DNA from: an uncultured Armatimonadetes bacterium
GTDB taxonomy: Bacteria > Armatimonadota > UBA5829 > DTJY01
Length of the DNA stretch: 64,000 nt
Direction of reading: 5' to 3'
NCBI GenBank assembly: GCA_963717145.1
Contig: OY970325.1
Span: 4,992,001 to 5,056,000 of the forward strand
Position 1 is the stretch's first letter; each line of letters starts with the position of its first letter. Both the position numbers and the translations under genes were made by a program. The notes under the pieces are model-generated. The model saw only the letters and a program-made list of their open reading frames with translations, searched no databases and was not told where the DNA came from. Of the stretch, positions 36,166-45,029 are shown one piece after another.

Positions 36166-36987
36166 GTGTCAATGTGATCAGAGAAGCGGATCATCTCGAT
36201 GCGCTCGAGAACCAGAGCATCTACATACTCCGAGAGGCATACCGGAAGTTCAAGAAGCTGGCGATGCTCTGGAGCATCGGCAAGGACTCGACGGTGCTGC
36301 TGTGGCTGGCGCGGAAGGCATTCTTCGGCCACTGCCCGATCCCGCTCGTGCATATCGACACCAGCCGCAAGATTCCCGAGATGATCGAGTTCCGGGACAA
36401 GATCGCGAAGGAGTGGAACGTGCGCCTCATCGTCGGGCAGAACACCGAGGCTCTCGCGGACGGTATGGGGCCGGACAAGGGCCGCATCGTCTGCTGCAAC
36501 TCGCTCAAGACCGAGGCGCTGCAGCAGCTCATGGCCGAGCGCGAGTTCACCGGGCTGATCCTCGGCATCCGGCGCGACGAGGAAGGCACTCGCGCCAAGG
36601 AGCGTTACTTCTCGCCGCGCGACAAGAACTTCGAGTGGAACTACAAGGACCAGCCGCCGGAGTTCTGGGACCAGTTCAAGACCGATTTCGACAAGGACAC
36701 GCACATCCGGATCCATCCGCTGCTGCACTGGACGGAGATCGACGTCTGGCAATACATCAAGCGCGAGAAGATCCCGATCGTGGACCTCTACTTCGCCCGA
36801 GACGGCGAGCGATACCGCTCGCTGGGCTGCGCGCCGTGCACGGGCCGGATCAAGTCCAACGCGACGACGGTCGACGAGATCATCGAGGAACTGCGCACCA
36901 TGCACCACGAGCGAGCGGTCGGTGCGCGCGCAGGACCAGGAAGACACCTACGCGATGCAGAAGCTGCGGGCGAAGGGATATATGTAG
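36162..36987 (+). CDS. cysD: Sulfate adenylyltransferase subunit 2 (frameshift near 36905)
   Basis: [31 protein letters not shown]-terminus RAQD...[10 protein letters not shown] in a shifted frame ending 36987. Confidence 0.9.
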
Positions 36988-37064
36988 TGCTGGAGAGTAT
37001 GGGAGTGTGGGACGTATGCGGAGTAATGCGTATAGTGAGCAGAGCGGCCATCCGAGGCCGACAG

Positions 37065-38311
37065 ATGAACATCGTGATCGTCGGACACGTCGACCACGGG
37101 AAGTCGACGCTGGTCGGACGGCTGTTCTACGATACCGACAGCCTGCCGGACGGCAGGTACGAGGCCGTCGCGCGAGTCTGCGAGGACACGGGCAAGCAGT
37201 TCGAGTTCGCGTTCCTGCTCGATGCGCTCGAAGAGGAGCGCGACCAGGGCATCACGATCGACACGGCGCAGACCTACTTCCACACCGCGAGCGCGACTAC
37301 GTGATCATCGACGCGCCGGGACACAAGGAGTTCCTGAAGAACATGGTCACCGGCGCGGCATCCGCCGATGCCGCGATCCTGCTGATCGACGCGGACGAGG
37401 GCGTGCAGGAGCAGTCGCGCAGGCACGGCTACCTGCTGAAGCTGCTCGGCATCCGGCAGGTCGCGGTCGTGATCAACAAGATGGACCTCGTCGGCTATTC
37501 GAGGAGGTATTCGAATCGGTGAAGCGGGAGTATGTGGACTTCCTATCGCAATTGGAGGTCAAGGCGCAGTTCGTGATCCCGGTTTCCGCCGCGACGGCGA
37601 CAACGTCGCCACGCCCGGAGCGGCGACTGAGGAGTGGTATGACGGGCCGACCGTGCTGGAGTCGCTGGACCTGTTCACGCCGTCCGCCCACCAAGGAGAA
37701 GCAGCCTCTGAGGATGCCGGTGCAGGACGTCTACAAGTTCGACAAGCGCCGCATCATCGCCGGCCGCGTGGAGTCGGGAACGATCCGGGTCGGCGACAGG
37801 ATCAGGTTCAGCCCATCGGGTCACGAGGGGATCGTCAAGACCATCGAGCGGTGGCACAGCGCCGATCGGGACTACGCGCTCCCCGGCGAATCGATCGGCA
37901 TCACCCTCACCGAGCAGATATTCGTCGAGCGCGGGGATATCATCTCGCACGTCGAAAACGCGTCCGCCGTGCTCGAGTTCGATCATGGCGAACCTCTTCT
38001 GGCTCGGCGACCGGCACCTGAGAACCGGGAAGACATACATGCTGAAGCTGGCGACCCAGGAGGTCGAGTGCCAGGTGGCGTCGATCAGCGATGTCATCGA
38101 CACATCGAGCCTGGCTTCAGTGGGGGAGATCGCGACCGAGGTGGCGAAGAACGAGGTCGCCACCGTCATCCTCGACTTCAAGAAACCGGTCGCGTTCGAC
38201 CGGTTCAGCGATATCGTCGAGACCGGCCGGTTCGTGATCGTGGATGGCTACGACGTTGCGGGCGGCGGCATCATCACTCAGACGGAGCTACCGGTCACTT
38301 ACGCGATTTAG
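37065..38311 (+). CDS. cysN: Sulfate adenylyltransferase subunit 1 (GTPase), several frameshifts
   Basis: [48 protein letters not shown]...GG across four frames. Confidence 0.85.
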
Positions 38312-38338
38312 CGTTGTCATTCTGAGCACGTGACTGCG

Positions 38339-38416
38339 CGTCGTTGGGGATGGAGTTGGACTCCATCCCCCTGGCCTAGTTACCGGGGATGGAGTCCAAC
38401 TCCATCCCCAACGACG
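38339..38416. repeat. Nested palindrome (two inverted hairpin units), preceded by a half family-A REP at 38315-38327
   Basis: CGTCGTTGGGGATGGAGTTGGACTCCATCCCC...GGGGATGGAGTCCAACTCCATCCCCAACGACG. Confidence 0.8.
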
Positions 38417-38456
38417 GGTGAGGGTCAGAACGGCTGTATATCGAACGAGGAAGTAT

Positions 38457-39692
38457 ATGGACATCGAGACAACAGCCTTGCACGGCGGGTATGCGCCGGA
38501 TCCGCACACCGGTTCCACGGCGACGCCGATCCACCAGACCACGGCCTATGCCTACGCCTCAGCCGAGGAGATCGCCGATGTCTTCGCGGGTCGCGCGCCG
38601 GGATACGTCTATTCCAGACTTGGCAATCCCACCTCCACGGCATTCGAACTGCGTCTGGCCGAACTCGAACGCGGCATCGGCTGCCTGTCGTGCTCATCAG
38701 GGATGGCCGCCATCGCATCCGCCGTCATGGGGCTTACTCGCGCGGGCGATCACATCGTGGCGGGCAACGGCATTTTTGGCGGGACCGTCTCGTTCTTCTC
38801 GAAGACGCTGGCGCGGTTCGGCGTTGTCACTACCTTCGTCGACAGCGGGGATGCAGAGTCCTTCCGCCGCGCGATCAGGCCCGAGACGAAGCTTGTTTTC
38901 GTGGAGACCATCACGAATCCGCAGATGGCCGTGCCGGACCTGTCCGCGATTGCGGATATCGCTCACCAGTCGGGCATCCCTCTGGTAGTTGACAGCACTC
39001 TGACGACCCCGATCCTGGTCCGACCGGGCGAATGGGGCGCGGATATCGTGGTGCATTCCGTTTCGAAATTCATCAACGGCCACGGCAACTCGATCGGCGG
39101 GGCGATTGTCGATACCGGCAAGTTCGACTGGGCCAAAGGACCGTTCGAGGACATCGCATCGCTCGCGAAGAGGGCCGGCAAGCTGGCGTTCCTGGCACAT
39201 CTGCGCAGGCTCATCTACCGCGACCTGGGTTGCTGTCCATCGCCGTTCAACTCCTTCATGCACCTCACGGGCATCGAGGGACTGGCGCTCAGGATGGAGG
39301 CTCATTGCCGGAACGCCATGGCGCTCGCGGAGTATCTGGAAGCCCATCCCAAGGTGGCATGGGTGAACTACCCGGGCCTGGCATCGAATCCCTATCACGA
39401 TGTGGCATCGAAGCTGTTCGGTGATAAGTATGGCGGCGTGCTCGCGGTCGGCCTGGGAGATCGGGAGCGGGCGATGAAGCTGGTGGACGGCACGTGTCTG
39501 GCGCAGAACCTGGCGAATATCGGCGATTCCAGAACGCTGGTGATCCATCCGGCATCCACCATATTCCAGGAGTTCCCGCCGGACGAACGTGATGCCCAGG
39601 GGATTCCCGATGACCTGGTGCGCGTATCGGTCGGAGTGGAAAGTACAAGAGACATCATCGCCGACTTCGAGTCGGCGCTCGAACGGATATAG
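38457..39692 (+). CDS. O-acylhomoserine sulfhydrylase (MetY/MetZ family, PLP)
   Basis: TPIHQT, YSRLGNPT, SSGMAAI, HSVSKFINGHG, ANIGDSRTL.IHPAST. Confidence 0.9.
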   Translation: MDIETTALHGGYAPDPHTGSTATPIHQTTAYAYASAEEIADVFAGRAPGYVYSRLGNPTSTAFELRLAELERGIGCLSCSSGMAAIASAVMGLTRAGDHIVAGNGIFGGTVSFFSKTLARFGVVTTFVDSGDAESFRRAIRPETKLVFVETITNPQMAVPDLSAIADIAHQSGIPLVVDSTLTTPILVRPGEWGADIVVHSVSKFINGHGNSIGGAIVDTGKFDWAKGPFEDIASLAKRAGKLAFLAHLRRLIYRDLGCCPSPFNSFMHLTGIEGLALRMEAHCRNAMALAEYLEAHPKVAWVNYPGLASNPYHDVASKLFGDKYGGVLAVGLGDRERAMKLVDGTCLAQNLANIGDSRTLVIHPASTIFQEFPPDERDAQGIPDDLVRVSVGVESTRDIIADFESALERI

Positions 39693-39715
39693 ACCCGTGA
39701 GCATGATACGCAAGT

Positions 39716-39832
39716 CACCGTCAGTCCTGAGTGCGCCGGTGAATGACGGCGTGTATCGAAGGACGGCTCGGTGCAGCAAGGCCGTCCTTCGATACACGCC
39801 GTCATTCACCGGCGCACTCAGGACTGACGGTG
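39716..39832. repeat. Long REPIN-like hairpin, family B copy 1
   Basis: CACCGTCAGTCCTGAGTGCGCCGGTGAATGACGGCGTGTATCGAAGGACGGC-loop-exact reverse complement. Confidence 0.85.
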
Positions 39833-39862
39833 GGGGTCTCGGTTGGAAAATGGAGGCGATAA

Positions 39863-40072
39863 ATGCAGATCACAAGTAACGGCAAACCCGTCGAAGCGAC
39901 GGATAACATCACAGTGATTGATCTACTGACGGAGCTGAAAGTGGCCACCCCGATGTACGTGTCGGTCGAGCTGAACGGCGAGATCCTCGACAGGGAGCAG
40001 TTCGCCACCACCAAGGTTTCCGATGGAGACACGGTCGAGTTCCTTTACTTCATGGGCGGAGGCAAACTGTGA
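39863..40072 (+). CDS. ThiS-like sulfur carrier protein with blocked C-terminus (HcyS-like)
   Basis: VELNGEIL...DGDTVEFLYFMGGGKL; residues follow the Gly-Gly motif. Confidence 0.9.
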   Translation: MQITSNGKPVEATDNITVIDLLTELKVATPMYVSVELNGEILDREQFATTKVSDGDTVEFLYFMGGGKL

Positions 40073-40884
40073 GCCTCGGATTCGAGGAGATCGAACGCTA
40101 CAGCCGCCAGATACTCCTTCAGCAAGTCGGCGGCAAGGGGCAGGAGAAGCTGCTCGCCTCGAAGGTGCTGCTCGTGGGCGCGGGAGGTCTCGGCTCGCCT
40201 GCTTCGATGTACCTCGCGGCGGCGGGAGTCGGAACGATCGGCCTGATCGACGGCGACAAGGTGGACCTGACCAACCTCCAGCGCCAGATCGTCCACTTCA
40301 CGGACGACATCGGCAAGCCCAAGGTCGAGTCAGCGGCGGCCAAGCTCAACGCGATCAACCCGGCGGTGAATGTCGAGACCTACGAGACCCTCGCGCTGGC
40401 CGACAACAGCCTGGATATCATCAGCCGCTATGATTTCGTGATCGACGGCACCGACAACTTCCCGGCCAAGTTTCTCATCAATGACGCGTGCTATTTCGCC
40501 GGAGTGCCCTTCTCCCATGCGGGCATCCTGCGCTTCGATGGTCAGCTTTTCACAGTGATTCCCGGCCAGACGGCGTGCTATCGGTGCCTCTTCGGAGGTC
40601 CACCGCCTGCAAATGCCGTGCCGTCGTGCTCCCAGGCCGGAGTGCTCGGAGGAGTCGCGGGCGTGATCGGATGCCTGCAGGCCACGGAGGCACTGAAGTA
40701 CCTGCTCGGCGTCGGTGAACTGCTCACGGACCGCATGATGATATTCGATGCGCTCGCAATGCGGTTCAGAGAGGCGAGGTTCAAGCGCAATCCGAAATGC
40801 CCGCTCTGCGGAGAGAATCCGACGATCACCGAACTGCGTGACGAGGAGCAGGTCGCGTGTGATCTGAAGGCGGCGAGAGCATGA
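40069..40884 (+). CDS. MoeB/ThiF-family adenylyltransferase (HcyF-like)
   Basis: RYSRQI, GAGGLGS, TNLQRQ, DGTDNF, CYRC, CPLC. Confidence 0.92.
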   Translation: MSLGFEEIERYSRQILLQQVGGKGQEKLLASKVLLVGAGGLGSPASMYLAAAGVGTIGLIDGDKVDLTNLQRQIVHFTDDIGKPKVESAAAKLNAINPAVNVETYETLALADNSLDIISRYDFVIDGTDNFPAKFLINDACYFAGVPFSHAGILRFDGQLFTVIPGQTACYRCLFGGPPPANAVPSCSQAGVLGGVAGVIGCLQATEALKYLLGVGELLTDRMMIFDALAMRFREARFKRNPKCPLCGENPTITELRDEEQVACDLKAARA

Positions 40885-41291
40885 TCGTCATGCCGGCGGG
40901 AATTCTGGCTGATATTGTGGAGCATGCGAGACACGATGCGCCGAACGAGGCATGTGGATTGCTCGCGGGCAGCGAATCTACCATTGAAAAGTGCTATCGC
41001 CTGACCAATGTCGACGCAAGCCCGGAGCACTTCAGCCTCGACATCCGGGAACAGTTTGCCGCCGTGAAGGATATGCGGACGGCGGGTATCGAGATGCTCG
41101 GCGTGTACCATAGTCATCCGGCGACACCGGCGAGAATGTCCGCGGAGGACCTGAAGCTGGCGTTCACACCGGGGATCGCCTACGTGATCGTCTCGCTCGC
41201 GGACCCGGATCAGGCGGTCGTCAAGAGCTTTCGCATCGTCGACGGCAGTCCGGTCGAAGAAGAAGTCTCGATACAGGAGTTGGAGCAGTGA
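40881..41291 (+). CDS. JAMM/Mov34 (M67) metalloprotease (HcyD/Mec-like)
   Basis: PNEACGLL...YHSHP...MSAED. Confidence 0.92.
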   Translation: MIVMPAGILADIVEHARHDAPNEACGLLAGSESTIEKCYRLTNVDASPEHFSLDIREQFAAVKDMRTAGIEMLGVYHSHPATPARMSAEDLKLAFTPGIAYVIVSLADPDQAVVKSFRIVDGSPVEEEVSIQELEQ

Positions 41292-43603
41292 GCAAGACAA
41301 CCTACCGAATACCGGACAGCGTCGTTGAAGACACGCATGCGTACCGTCGCGATGTGGAGAAGTTCCTGTCGGGCGAGACATCACCGGTCGCATTCCGGGC
41401 GATCCGCGTGCCGATGGGCATCTACGAGCAACGGGAGAGCGACACCTACATGGTGCGGGTACGGGGCGCCGCGGGTGTGTTCCTGTCCGACCAGGTTCGG
41501 CTGATCGCGAAACTCGCTGAGGTGTTCGGAAACGGTATCGTTCATGTGACCACCAGGCAGGACCTGCAGATTCACAAGGCGCTCATACAAGACACGCCGA
41601 CCGTGCTGGAGCGGCTGCTCGAGGAAGGGCTCTCCTCCAGAGGCGGCGGTGGGAACACTGTCCGCAACATCTCGGCATGTCCGCTCGCAGGCATCTGCGC
41701 GGACGAGGTCTTCGATGTCACGCCTTACGTTTTCGCGCTCACGGAGTACCTGATCACGAACCGGGCGAACTTCAACCTGCCCAGAAAGTTCAAGGTCGCG
41801 TTCTCCGGCTGCGGGGATGACTGCGGGCTCTGCTCCGTTGCCGATCTCGGGTTCTTCGCGCGCGAGAGGGACGGCGTCCGGGGCTTCTCGGTCTATGCCG
41901 CAGGTGGAATGGGCACGCATTCATCCATCGGTACGCTGATCGAGGATTTCATCCCGGCAGAGACGATCTTTGAGGTGGCCGAATCCGTCAAGCGGCTGTT
42001 CGATGAGCACGGTGACCGCACGAACAAACACAAGGCTCGACTGCGGTTCGTCCTGGAGCGCATGGGCCGCGACGAGTTCATCCGTCTGTATCGCATGGAA
42101 CTGGCGAAGGTTCGGCAAGAGGGCATATCGACCCCCGATATCAACTTGGACTGCGAACCACGCGAAGGGGCGAAGGATCAGTCGGTTGAAGCGGAGAATA
42201 GTCCGGCATATCTGTCATGGCGACTGGGATGCGTCTTTCCCCAGAAGCAGGAGGGGCTCTTCGCGGCGAGCATTCCTCTGAGGCTCGGGGATATCCCGAC
42301 TGAGGCACTGAATGCTCTTGCCGATATAGCTGACGAAACCGGCGACGGGACGCTGCGGACGACACAGGAGCAGAACCTGCTGATCAGAGATATACATGAG
42401 AGCCGGCTGCCGGGATTGTACCGATCGCTGCTGGAACTTGACGAGTCGCTCACGATCGCGCCGCCGGTCATGGTTGTGGCCTGCGCGGGTGCATCGACCT
42501 GCAAGCTGGGACTCTGCCTTTCGCGCGGATTGGCCGACGCGATCGAGGCCGAACTGGAGAAGTCGGGTGCGTCATTCGATGCCCCGATCCGCATCAGCGG
42601 CTGCCCGAACTCGTGTGGCCATCATCCGATCGCGGCGATCGGTCTGCATGGAGTCGCCGTGCGCTCGGATGGCAGGCTCGTTCCGACATATACGATCCTC
42701 GCCGGCGGAAACCTGGCAGAGGGTGAAGCAAAGCTCGCACAACCGATCGGCAAGGTTCCCGCAAAGGCCGTCCCTGCGCTGCTAGGGGAGTTCCTGACGA
42801 CCGCCGCACGGGAGCGAGTTGTTGGCGAATCGGTGCACGATCTGATGGACCGCTGGGGCACGGATTGCCTCAGAACGCTCAGCGAGAAGCACGCGTCCAT
42901 ACCCGCCTACGATGAAGCGCCGGAGTTCTACCGGGACTTCGGAAGCGACGAGGAGTTCTCGCTCGCCGGTCGCGGTCCGGGCGAGTGCGGAGCGGGTGTG
43001 ATGGATGTGATCGCGCTCGACATCGATCAGGCTGCACGAGCGCTCGATGAGGGCCGGCTCTACGAGGCTGTTGTCGCCGCAGCTCGAGCCCTCCTGGTTA
43101 CGCGAGGCATCGAGCCCAAAAAGGACCGCGAGGTCTTCGCCGCCTTCACCGAGCACCTGATCGTTCCCGGTTGGGTCAGCCCGCGATCTCAGGTCCTGCT
43201 CGATGCGGCGCTCGACTTCAAGCTCGGCGACAGAGATTCGCTCGATGACCTGCTGGATGACATCCGGGCGCTGCTCGATCGGGTGAAGGAGCTGTTCCGG
43301 TCGCTGGACTCGAACCTCAGCTTCCGTGTCGAACCGATTTCGCAGGCTGAGATTCGTTCGGATGCGCAGGAGCAGGGGCTAGCCCGTGAGTTGGACCTGC
43401 GCGGTGTGCTCTGTCCCATGAACTTCGTGCGCGCGAAGATCGAACTGGAGCAGATCGACGTCGGAGAGGCGCTGGACATCCTGCTCGATGAAGGTGAGCC
43501 CGCTCGGAACGTGCCGGCCAGCTTTGCCGATCAGGGACAGGAAGTCGTGTCCGTTGCTGATGAAGGCGGTCACTTCCGCGTCCGAGTGCAAAGAACCACA
43601 TAG
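41288..43603 (+). CDS. Siroheme sulfite reductase-like protein fused to HEPN-like and C-terminal TusA/SirA domains
   Basis: TTRQDLQ, ACPLAGIC...LPRKFK.AFSGCGDDC and second ACAGASTC...ISGCPNSC motif sets; C-terminal LDLRGVLCPMNFV. Confidence 0.88.
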   Translation: MSKTTYRIPDSVVEDTHAYRRDVEKFLSGETSPVAFRAIRVPMGIYEQRESDTYMVRVRGAAGVFLSDQVRLIAKLAEVFGNGIVHVTTRQDLQIHKALIQDTPTVLERLLEEGLSSRGGGGNTVRNISACPLAGICADEVFDVTPYVFALTEYLITNRANFNLPRKFKVAFSGCGDDCGLCSVADLGFFARERDGVRGFSVYAAGGMGTHSSIGTLIEDFIPAETIFEVAESVKRLFDEHGDRTNKHKARLRFVLERMGRDEFIRLYRMELAKVRQEGISTPDINLDCEPREGAKDQSVEAENSPAYLSWRLGCVFPQKQEGLFAASIPLRLGDIPTEALNALADIADETGDGTLRTTQEQNLLIRDIHESRLPGLYRSLLELDESLTIAPPVMVVACAGASTCKLGLCLSRGLADAIEAELEKSGASFDAPIRISGCPNSCGHHPIAAIGLHGVAVRSDGRLVPTYTILAGGNLAEGEAKLAQPIGKVPAKAVPALLGEFLTTAARERVVGESVHDLMDRWGTDCLRTLSEKHASIPAYDEAPEFYRDFGSDEEFSLAGRGPGECGAGVMDVIALDIDQAARALDEGRLYEAVVAAARALLVTRGIEPKKDREVFAAFTEHLIVPGWVSPRSQVLLDAALDFKLGDRDSLDDLLDDIRALLDRVKELFRSLDSNLSFRVEPISQAEIRSDAQEQGLARELDLRGVLCPMNFVRAKIELEQIDVGEALDILLDEGEPARNVPASFADQGQEVVSVADEGGHFRVRVQRTT

Positions 43604-43619
43604 GGCGAGAGGTAAGCAC

Positions 43620-44780
43620 GTGACACTGGATCCGCTGATCGATGACAGTTATGTAGATACGCCCAGGCAGAGAACTCTGGATAAGCTGCTCCGCCAGCGG
43701 GCTTCCGGCATGCCGGTTGTGGGTGTGTACTGCTCATACGCGCCGATCGAACTGATCTGGGCGATGGGTGGTACCGTCGCCGACCTGTGCGCCTATGCGA
43801 ACAAGACCATTCCTGATGCCGAGACGGTCCTCCCCTCCAGCCTTTGCCCTCTGATCAAGTCGAGCTACGGCTTCATCATCACCGACCAGTGTCCGTTCTA
43901 TGCGATCAGCGACGTTGTCATCGGCGAGACTACGTGCGACGGCAAGAAGAAGATGTTCGAGCTGATCCGTGACATCAAATCGATGATCGTGCTCGAACTC
44001 CCGCAGAAGCCCGATGACGTGGATGCTCGGATCCACTGGGAGGCGGAAGTCTGGAAGATGAAGGCGTTCCTGGAGCAGACCTTCAGCAGGCGCATCACCG
44101 ACGATGACCTCGAATCGGCAATCAAGGCCGCGAACAGACGCCGCAAGCTGCTCACCGAGATCATTGCCTTCGCCGGTCACACGCCGCCGCACATAAGCTG
44201 GTGGGAGGTGAAGGCGATCATCGGCACGGCCTATCCCTCCGCCGATACGAGCGCCATGGACGATCTGCTGGAGGACGTGTTACGCAAGCTCCACATGCGC
44301 CGATCCATAGGCGAGCACACCGCCTTAGAAAATGCTCCCCGCGTCATGGTCACGGGATGCCCGATCGGTGGCGATGCGGAGAAGGTCTTCCGGATCATCG
44401 AGGAAGCCGGTGGAGTGGTTGTCATGCACGAGGCATGCAGCGGCATAAAGCCGTTGCTCTATCCGGTCGAAGAGGAAACCGGGGATCCGCTTGCCGCCAT
44501 CGCCCGCAGGTATCTGCAGCTCCCCTGCTCGTGCATGACGCCGAATCATCACCGCCTGGAACTGATCGACCGCCTGATCGAGGACTTCAAACCCGACGCG
44601 GTGGTCGACGTCGTCCTCAGCGGCTGCCACACATACAACGTCGAATCGTTCACCATCAGGGAGCACGTGTCGAAGAAGCACGGGCTGCCGTTTCTCAAGC
44701 TCGAAACGGACTACTCGGAGAGCGATGCCGAGCAGATCAGGACGAGGGTCGAGGCCCTGATGGAACTCTGCGGGAAGTAG
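43620..44780 (+). CDS. Double-cubane-cluster reductase / 2-hydroxyacyl-CoA dehydratase-family protein
   Basis: GVYCSYAP.ELI.A, LCPLIKSSYG, GETTCDGKKK, TGCP, CSG, PCSCMTPN, CHTYNVE, ETDYS. Confidence 0.85.
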   Translation: MTLDPLIDDSYVDTPRQRTLDKLLRQRASGMPVVGVYCSYAPIELIWAMGGTVADLCAYANKTIPDAETVLPSSLCPLIKSSYGFIITDQCPFYAISDVVIGETTCDGKKKMFELIRDIKSMIVLELPQKPDDVDARIHWEAEVWKMKAFLEQTFSRRITDDDLESAIKAANRRRKLLTEIIAFAGHTPPHISWWEVKAIIGTAYPSADTSAMDDLLEDVLRKLHMRRSIGEHTALENAPRVMVTGCPIGGDAEKVFRIIEEAGGVVVMHEACSGIKPLLYPVEEETGDPLAAIARRYLQLPCSCMTPNHHRLELIDRLIEDFKPDAVVDVVLSGCHTYNVESFTIREHVSKKHGLPFLKLETDYSESDAEQIRTRVEALMELCGK

Positions 44781-44788
44781 GTCGCGGC

Positions 44789-45013
44789 TTACCCGAGTGG
44801 CTGTATTCCGTCGGTCTCGATTCCGAGACTCTTCAGGAGCGCATCGATCTGTTCCAAGTCGTCCCAAACGAAGCGCACGGACACCCCGCAGTCGTCGGAT
44901 ATCTCCCGAGGCACGGGTATCATCGCGACATCGAACCCGGCTTCCTGCAGCCGCGTCTCGATCTGCAAGGCCACTGACGACCTCTTGCACAGAATGACTC
45001 CGCATGTGGGCAT
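44789..45013 (-). CDS. DUF3343 putative Se/S-carrier-like protein
   Basis: ALQIE..L......MIPVPREISDDCGVSVRF. Confidence 0.8.
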   Translation of the reverse strand: MPTCGVILCKRSSVALQIETRLQEAGFDVAMIPVPREISDDCGVSVRFVWDDLEQIDALLKSLGIETDGIQPLG

Positions 45014-45029
45014 GAATCAGTGTTCTCCG

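Noticed and set aside
36162-37304. CysD-CysN fusion suggested by the 380-aa ORF
   Set aside because: Artefact of a frameshift near 36905; the normal CysD C-terminus and stop are at 36987 in another frame
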